Positions 59,122-64,000 of a stretch of DNA of 64,000 nucleotides are shown here, one piece after another. The translations under genes were made by a program, and so were the position numbers. The notes under the pieces are model-generated. The model ran no database searches and was not told the origin of the DNA. It saw only the letters and a list, made by a program, of their open reading frames with translations. Source of the stretch: an uncultured bacterium (GTDB lineage: Bacteria; Patescibacteriota; Doudnabacteria; UBA920); contig CAVVMJ010000004.1 in NCBI GenBank assembly GCA_963749445.1, positions 16,483-80,482 of the forward strand, given 5' to 3'. Numbering within the stretch: position 1 is the first letter of the stretch; each line of letters starts with the position of its first letter.

Positions 59122-59157
59122 ACTATCTTATCCAATATGAATTTATCTATATAAATT

Positions 59158-61740
59158 TTAAGCCATCACCGGCAACTTTTCCTGCTGGTGAAGGGTGAAG
59201 ACGATTTTGTCGGATTTCGGCTCGGATTTGGAGCGGGACGGGTCTTTTTTGACGTCCGCGCTAATTAGGCCGCCTTGCAAAGATTTGCCGGAGATGATTT
59301 TTTCGGCCAGCGGGTCTTCCAAAAGTTCCTGGATGTTCTTGCGCACAAAGCGCGCGCCCTGGGCCGGGTCAAAACTCTTATCAGAAATAAATTTTATGAC
59401 GGCGGGGCTAATTTTGAGCTGGACGTTTTGTTCCAGCAGGCGGCTTTGCAAATTCGCGACCTGCAGCTGGGTTATTTTTTTTAGCTGGGTAAGACCCAAT
59501 GGCCTAAAAACAATAATTTTGTCTATGCGGTTTAAAAATTCCGGACGGAAATCTTGTTTTAGGTTTTCCATTACCCCGTCTTTAATCCGTTCGTAATTCG
59601 CTTCCAGTTTTTCCTGCTCGGTTTGCGAGCCGTTATCCCGTTCGGCAAAACCGATTTTAACCGCAGCCGAGGTGAGCTCCTGCATCCCAAGATTGGAAGT
59701 CATAATCATCACCGTGTTGCGGAAATTGACTTTTTTACCCTCCGCGTCGGTCAACTGGCCATCTTCCAAAATTTGCAGTAAAATATTGAACACGTCGGGA
59801 TTGGCTTTTTCAATTTCATCAAACAAGACCACGCAGTAAGGTTTGCGTCGTACGGCTTCGGTCAGGCGGCCGCCTTCGCCGTAGCCCACGTAGCCGGCCG
59901 GCGCGCCTATAAGCCGGGAGACGTTGTGGCGCTCCATAAATTCGCTCATATCCACGCGCACCAGCGCTTCCTCGTCCTCAAAAACTTCGCTGGCCAAAAC
60001 TTTGGCGGTTTCGGTTTTGCCCACGCCGGTTGGGCCTAAAAATATAAACGAGCCCAACGGCCGGTTGGGGTTGGCAATGCCGGCGCGCGAGCGCCTTATG
60101 GATTTGGCGATTTCCTTCAACGGCTTCGTCCTGGCCGATAATTTTGGCTTTTAAGATTTTTTCCAAATTGGCCAGGCGCGACATTTCGGTTTTGGCCAGA
60201 CTGGGACAAAGGGATTTTGGTCATCATGGACACGGTGTGGGCAATGTCCTCGCTGCCGATAATGTGTTTGGGGCTTTGTTGTTCCTGCGCTAAGCCTTGC
60301 GACAGCTCGGTTTTTTGCCGCAGCAGTTTTTCTTCCTGGGTGCGCAAATGCAGGGCTGTGGTAAAATCCTGGCCCAGCACGGCTTTGGTTTTTTCCTCTT
60401 CCAGTGCCGCCAAGTCGGCTTCAATTTTTTTGGTGGCGCGCAAGAAGTTTGGAATTGGAATTGATGCTGCGCAAAAACGCGGCGGTTTCGTCAATTAAGT
60501 CCACGGCTTTGTCCGGCAAAAACCGGTCCTGAATGTAGCGGTCGGACAGTTCCACCGCGGCTTTGACGGCTTCGTCGGTAATGGTGACGTTGTGGTGTTT
60601 TTCGTAATTGCTTTTAATTCCGTTTAAAATTTCTATGGATTCTTCCTTGCTGGGTTCGTCCACCAAAATCGGCTGGAAGCGGCGCTCCAATGCCGCGTCT
60701 TTTTCAATGTGCTCTTTGTATTCCTTAAGCGTGGTGGCGCCAATCGCGCGCAGTTCGCCGCGGGCCAGCGCGGGTTTTAAAATATTGGCCGCGTCCAAGG
60801 AGCCCGTGGTGGCGCCGGCGCCGACCATGGTGTGGAGTTCGTCTATGAATAAAATGATGTTTTTGTCGTTTTTAACCTCATCTATAATTTGTTTGAGGCG
60901 GTTTTCAAATTCGCCGCGGAACATTGAGCCGGCTACAATCAAGGCCAAATCCAAATTTAAAATGCGTTTGTCCAGCAAAGAGTCGGGGACTTCGCGTTTG
61001 GCAATGGACAGGGCCAGGCCTTCCACGATGGCGGTTTTGCCTACGCCGGCCTCGCCTATAAGTATGGGATTGTTTTTGGTGCGGCGGTTTAAGATGCTTA
61101 CCAGCCGTTCAATTTCGTGCTTGCGGCCGATTACCGGATCCACCAAACCGTCTTTGGCTTTTTTGGTTAAGTCCGTGGTGAAGTATTCAAGCAGCCCGGC
61201 TTTTTTGCCGTCCAGCCGCGGCATGGCTTGCGGCGGCATGTCGTGCGGCGAAAATCCCGGCTCACCGGCCGGCACTTCGGGGAATTTGGATATATTGTCA
61301 AACACGCCGGACAAATTTTGTTCCAGCTCCTGAATGTCCACGCCGAGTTTGTTTAAAATGACCTTGGCTTTGCTTTGGGGCACCGCCAGAATGCCGTGCA
61401 AAAAATGTTCGGTGCCGATGAATTGGTAGCCGTACTGGCTGGCCACCATGGCCGATTTTTCAATCACGGATTTTAAATTTTCCGAAAGAATGGGTTTCCA
61501 GACCGCCGCGGTGTTGTTGGTGTTGACCAAAATCAACTCCTGTTTTATTATTTCCGGCGTGAGCTTGGTCTTGGTTAAAATTTCCGCCGCAAAAGAGCTC
61601 TTTTCGGAAATGACGCCGTACAAAAGATGCTCGGTGCCAATGTGGTCGTGCTTAAGTTCCTCGCTGACCAATTGCGCCATAATCAGCGCGTTTTTGGCGC
61701 GGCTGGACAGGCGCTCTAAAATGTAAGTAAAATTCGTCAT
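59158..61740 (-). CDS. clpC: ATP-dependent Clp protease ATPase subunit (two frameshifts)
   Basis: Clp-N repeats, [11 protein letters not shown]-like middle domain, [18 protein letters not shown]. Confidence 0.93.
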
Positions 61741-61828
61741 AATCTTGTACTTTATTATACGAGTTCAAAAGATAATTTGTTTCCGGATTTGTGCTAATAT
61801 TATAACAGGAATATCCATTGTAGCATAA

Positions 61829-61855
61829 TTATCACTCTTGTCAAGAGACTGCTAG
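61829..61855. promoter_or_regulatory. CIRCE-like operator overlapping the clpC -35
   Basis: TTATCACTC-N9-GACTGCTAG vs TTAGCACTC-N9-GAGTGCTAA; minus-strand TTGACA-N16-TACAAT. Confidence 0.65.
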
Positions 61856-61856
61856 C

Positions 61857-61937
61857 TTTACTAACTACTAATCTTTACGAATATACTAATGCGCGGCATC
61901 AGGATTAGTATATTAGTAGCGATTCGTAGTTAGTAAA
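61857..61937. repeat. Inverted tandem-repeat palindrome (TACTAAT/TACGAAT units)
   Basis: Same units as the GxxExxY flanks at 41041-41085 and 41462-41506. Confidence 0.85.
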
Positions 61938-61950
61938 GACAGTAAAATAA

Positions 61951-62478
61951 ATGTTTAAAAAATTTTCTAAAACTAGAGAGCCAGAAAATTTAGAAAAGGC
62001 CTACGAGTACGCCGTGTTTTTGCTGTCTTTGCAATTGCGAACGGCCGGCGAAATCCGCGAAAAAATGCAGCGGCGGGGATATTCATCGGCCGTGATAGAA
62101 AAGACAATTGATCAGTTGCATGACCAAAAATATCTGGATGACGAAAGATATGCGGTGGTTTTTTTAGACAATTTAAAGCAATACAAAAATTTGGGGTATT
62201 ACGGCATAAAGAAAAAATTTATGCTTAAAAAATTGCCGATGTCGCTCATCGAGAAAGTCCTTGATGAAGGCCTGTCCAAAGAAGAAGAATTAAAAATTGC
62301 CAAAAGATTTTTGAAAAAAGAAGGAGTTGCCGTTAAATCTTCATCAGCTGATGAAGAAACGTCGGCCGTCACTTACAGTACATTTGATGAGGCCCAAAGC
62401 AAACAAAAGCAAAAAATATTCGCCAAACTAAAAAGCCGCGGTTTCCGCGGCGAGGTGATCGCGAAAATGATGTTTTGA
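61951..62478 (+). CDS. recX: Regulatory protein RecX
   Basis: LLS...RT..EIREKM..RGY, YLDDERYA, G...IK, L.SRGF. Confidence 0.85.
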   Translation: MFKKFSKTREPENLEKAYEYAVFLLSLQLRTAGEIREKMQRRGYSSAVIEKTIDQLHDQKYLDDERYAVVFLDNLKQYKNLGYYGIKKKFMLKKLPMSLIEKVLDEGLSKEEELKIAKRFLKKEGVAVKSSSADEETSAVTYSTFDEAQSKQKQKIFAKLKSRGFRGEVIAKMMF

Positions 62479-62488
62479 TATTCGTTTT

Positions 62489-62517
62489 GTAGGGGAGGAT
62501 ATTATCCTCCCCTACAT
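62489..62517. repeat. GTAG-type REP (GTAGGGGAGGATATTATCCTCCCCTAC)
   Basis: Adjacent to RAYT stop; second copy inside RAYT at 62724-62750. Confidence 0.8.
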
Positions 62518-63008
62518 CAAGGGAAATTTTTTGGATTTTCCTTATCCAATTCCCATTGTTTCGGGTTGTTGCCGATATATTCACGAATGCGATTTAAATC
62601 GGCATCGTCGCGTATGACGTGGTCGTAAAAAGATTTTTGCCAGGAGAAATTGGGTAGACCGATTAATCTTAAATTTTTCGATGCCGCCTGTTTAAAATAT
62701 CCGATGATTTTGGGCAGGCCTCTGTAGGGGCGGATATTATCCGCCCCTACGGGGACAATAATGATAATTCCATGAACATGGTTGGGCATAATCTGAAAAA
62801 TGTCCAATGATGTATTTTGGTAATGTTCGGGGATTTGCTTCCAAAATTTTTCAATTGTTTTTCCATGCCCATTCAAAACCATTTCTCCGCCCACAATCTC
62901 GCCAAAACAGCAAATCCTATCCTGCACGCAAACCGTCACAAAATAATAACCGGCCCGGGAATAATCAAATTCCTTTAGCCGGTTATGTTTTCTTAACGAA
63001 AACAACAT
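62517..63008 (-). CDS. REP-associated tyrosine transposase (RAYT, IS200-like HUH)
   Basis: YFVTVC, MPNHVHGII (HUH), WQKSFYDHVIR, YIGNNP. Confidence 0.9.
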   Translation of the reverse strand: MLFSLRKHNRLKEFDYSRAGYYFVTVCVQDRICCFGEIVGGEMVLNGHGKTIEKFWKQIPEHYQNTSLDIFQIMPNHVHGIIIIVPVGADNIRPYRGLPKIIGYFKQAASKNLRLIGLPNFSWQKSFYDHVIRDDADLNRIREYIGNNPKQWELDKENPKNFP

Positions 63009-63012
63009 AAAA

Positions 63013-63951
63013 TTACAAGTTCATCGTCCTTAATCGTTTAATCCTATCCCCAATCGGCGGGTGCGTATTAAATAAACCCGCAAACCAGCTGCGGCCGCCG
63101 TGCGGGTTTTCGGGATGGGAGGATGTGGATTCGTCCCTGTCTTCGTGGAACGGGTTGACGATATACAAGTGCGCAGTGGCGTTGTTGGCTTCGACCAGGG
63201 GAGTGGAATCATCCGATATTTTTTCCAAGGCGCTGGCTAGGCCTTCGGGATAGCGGGTCAGCAGCGCGCCGGAGGCATCGGCCAAGTATTCGCGCTGGCG
63301 GGAGACCGCCAGTTTTATCAGGGTGGCGATGAGAGGGGAGAGGATTGCCAATAAAATGCCGATGCAAAATAAAATTAAACCTAAGTTACCATCATTTTTG
63401 TTACTTCTGCGTCCGCCGAAAAAAGAAAAACGCAAAAACCAATTGGACATTAGGGCAATCATTCCCACCAAAACCACAACCAAAGTCATCAACCTAATAT
63501 CATAATTTCCAATGTGCGAAAGCTCGTGCGCGGTAACACCTTCCAGTTCGGTCTTGTTCAGCTTTTGCAAAATGCCCGTGGTAAAGCAAATTACCGCGTG
63601 CTTTGGGTCGCGGCCCGTGGCAAAGGCGTTGGGCGCGTTGTCGTTTATAATATAAATTTTTGGCGTGGGAATGCCCGCGGCAATGCAAAGATTTTCCACT
63701 ATATTATAGAGTTGCTGATTTGTGGCGCGGTCCACGGCTTGGGCTTTGGAAACCGCCAGGGTGATGGAGTCCGCGAAGTAATAAGAGAACAGCGCCGAAC
63801 CTACGCTAAAAATTACGGCGATATATAAAATCGCGTCATTTTGGTAAACTTGGGCGAATACCCAACCCAGCGCCGAAATCACGACCAAAAAGCTGAATAT
63901 CAATATCCAGCTTTCGCGTTTGTTTTTGTTGATGAGGTCATATGTAAGCAT
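63013..63951 (-). CDS. htpX: Zinc metalloprotease HtpX (M48)
   Basis: PNAFATGR, AHELSH, SRQREYLADA, THPP..DRI. Confidence 0.93.
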   Translation of the reverse strand: MLTYDLINKNKRESWILIFSFLVVISALGWVFAQVYQNDAILYIAVIFSVGSALFSYYFADSITLAVSKAQAVDRATNQQLYNIVENLCIAAGIPTPKIYIINDNAPNAFATGRDPKHAVICFTTGILQKLNKTELEGVTAHELSHIGNYDIRLMTLVVVLVGMIALMSNWFLRFSFFGGRRSNKNDGNLGLILFCIGILLAILSPLIATLIKLAVSRQREYLADASGALLTRYPEGLASALEKISDDSTPLVEANNATAHLYIVNPFHEDRDESTSSHPENPHGGRSWFAGLFNTHPPIGDRIKRLRTMNL

Positions 63952-64000
63952 ATGAGATTTTCTTGTCCACAGATTCACTGATTCCACTGATACACAGTTT

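Overview
Window from a small-genome bacterium whose gene content points to Patescibacteria/CPR (a PrgI/VirB4-like cluster, a PaaX-Cas2-like gene, DUF5667 anti-sigma, many Parcubacteria/Doudnabacteria-style hypotheticals; the taxonomy is inferred). Housekeeping genes: htrA-like protease, yhhQ, alr, csp, ssrA, smpB, argS, ileS, recO, pcrA, rsmA, radA, recG, comF, clpC, recX, htpX, two ECF sigma/anti-sigma pairs and three intact tRNAs. Many ORFs are split by single-base indels that look like assembly errors. The most notable feature is the density of small palindromic or mobile DNA. (1) GxxExxY and four-helix-bundle genes are framed by inverted arrays of short tandem repeats, and about ten gene-less versions sit at gene junctions. 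(2) A TACCACC/CCAACCACC-ended palindromic element is inserted inside argS, ileS, rsmA, recG and comF. (3) A constant-length ~99-bp TTGATGGGCATCTTC element has six full copies. (4) TTTA-targeting MITEs occur three times, one carrying an intact tRNA-Ser inside a broken tRNA-Ser. (5) A PaaX/Cas2-like gene lies between two 38-bp palindromes. (6) An orphan RNase-like gene faces a promoter-driven two-hairpin sRNA, a candidate RNA-antitoxin system. (7) A RelBE module sits between duplicated comF 3' ends. An intact IS1595, a RAYT with REPs, and foreign-looking Crp and DksA genes are also present.
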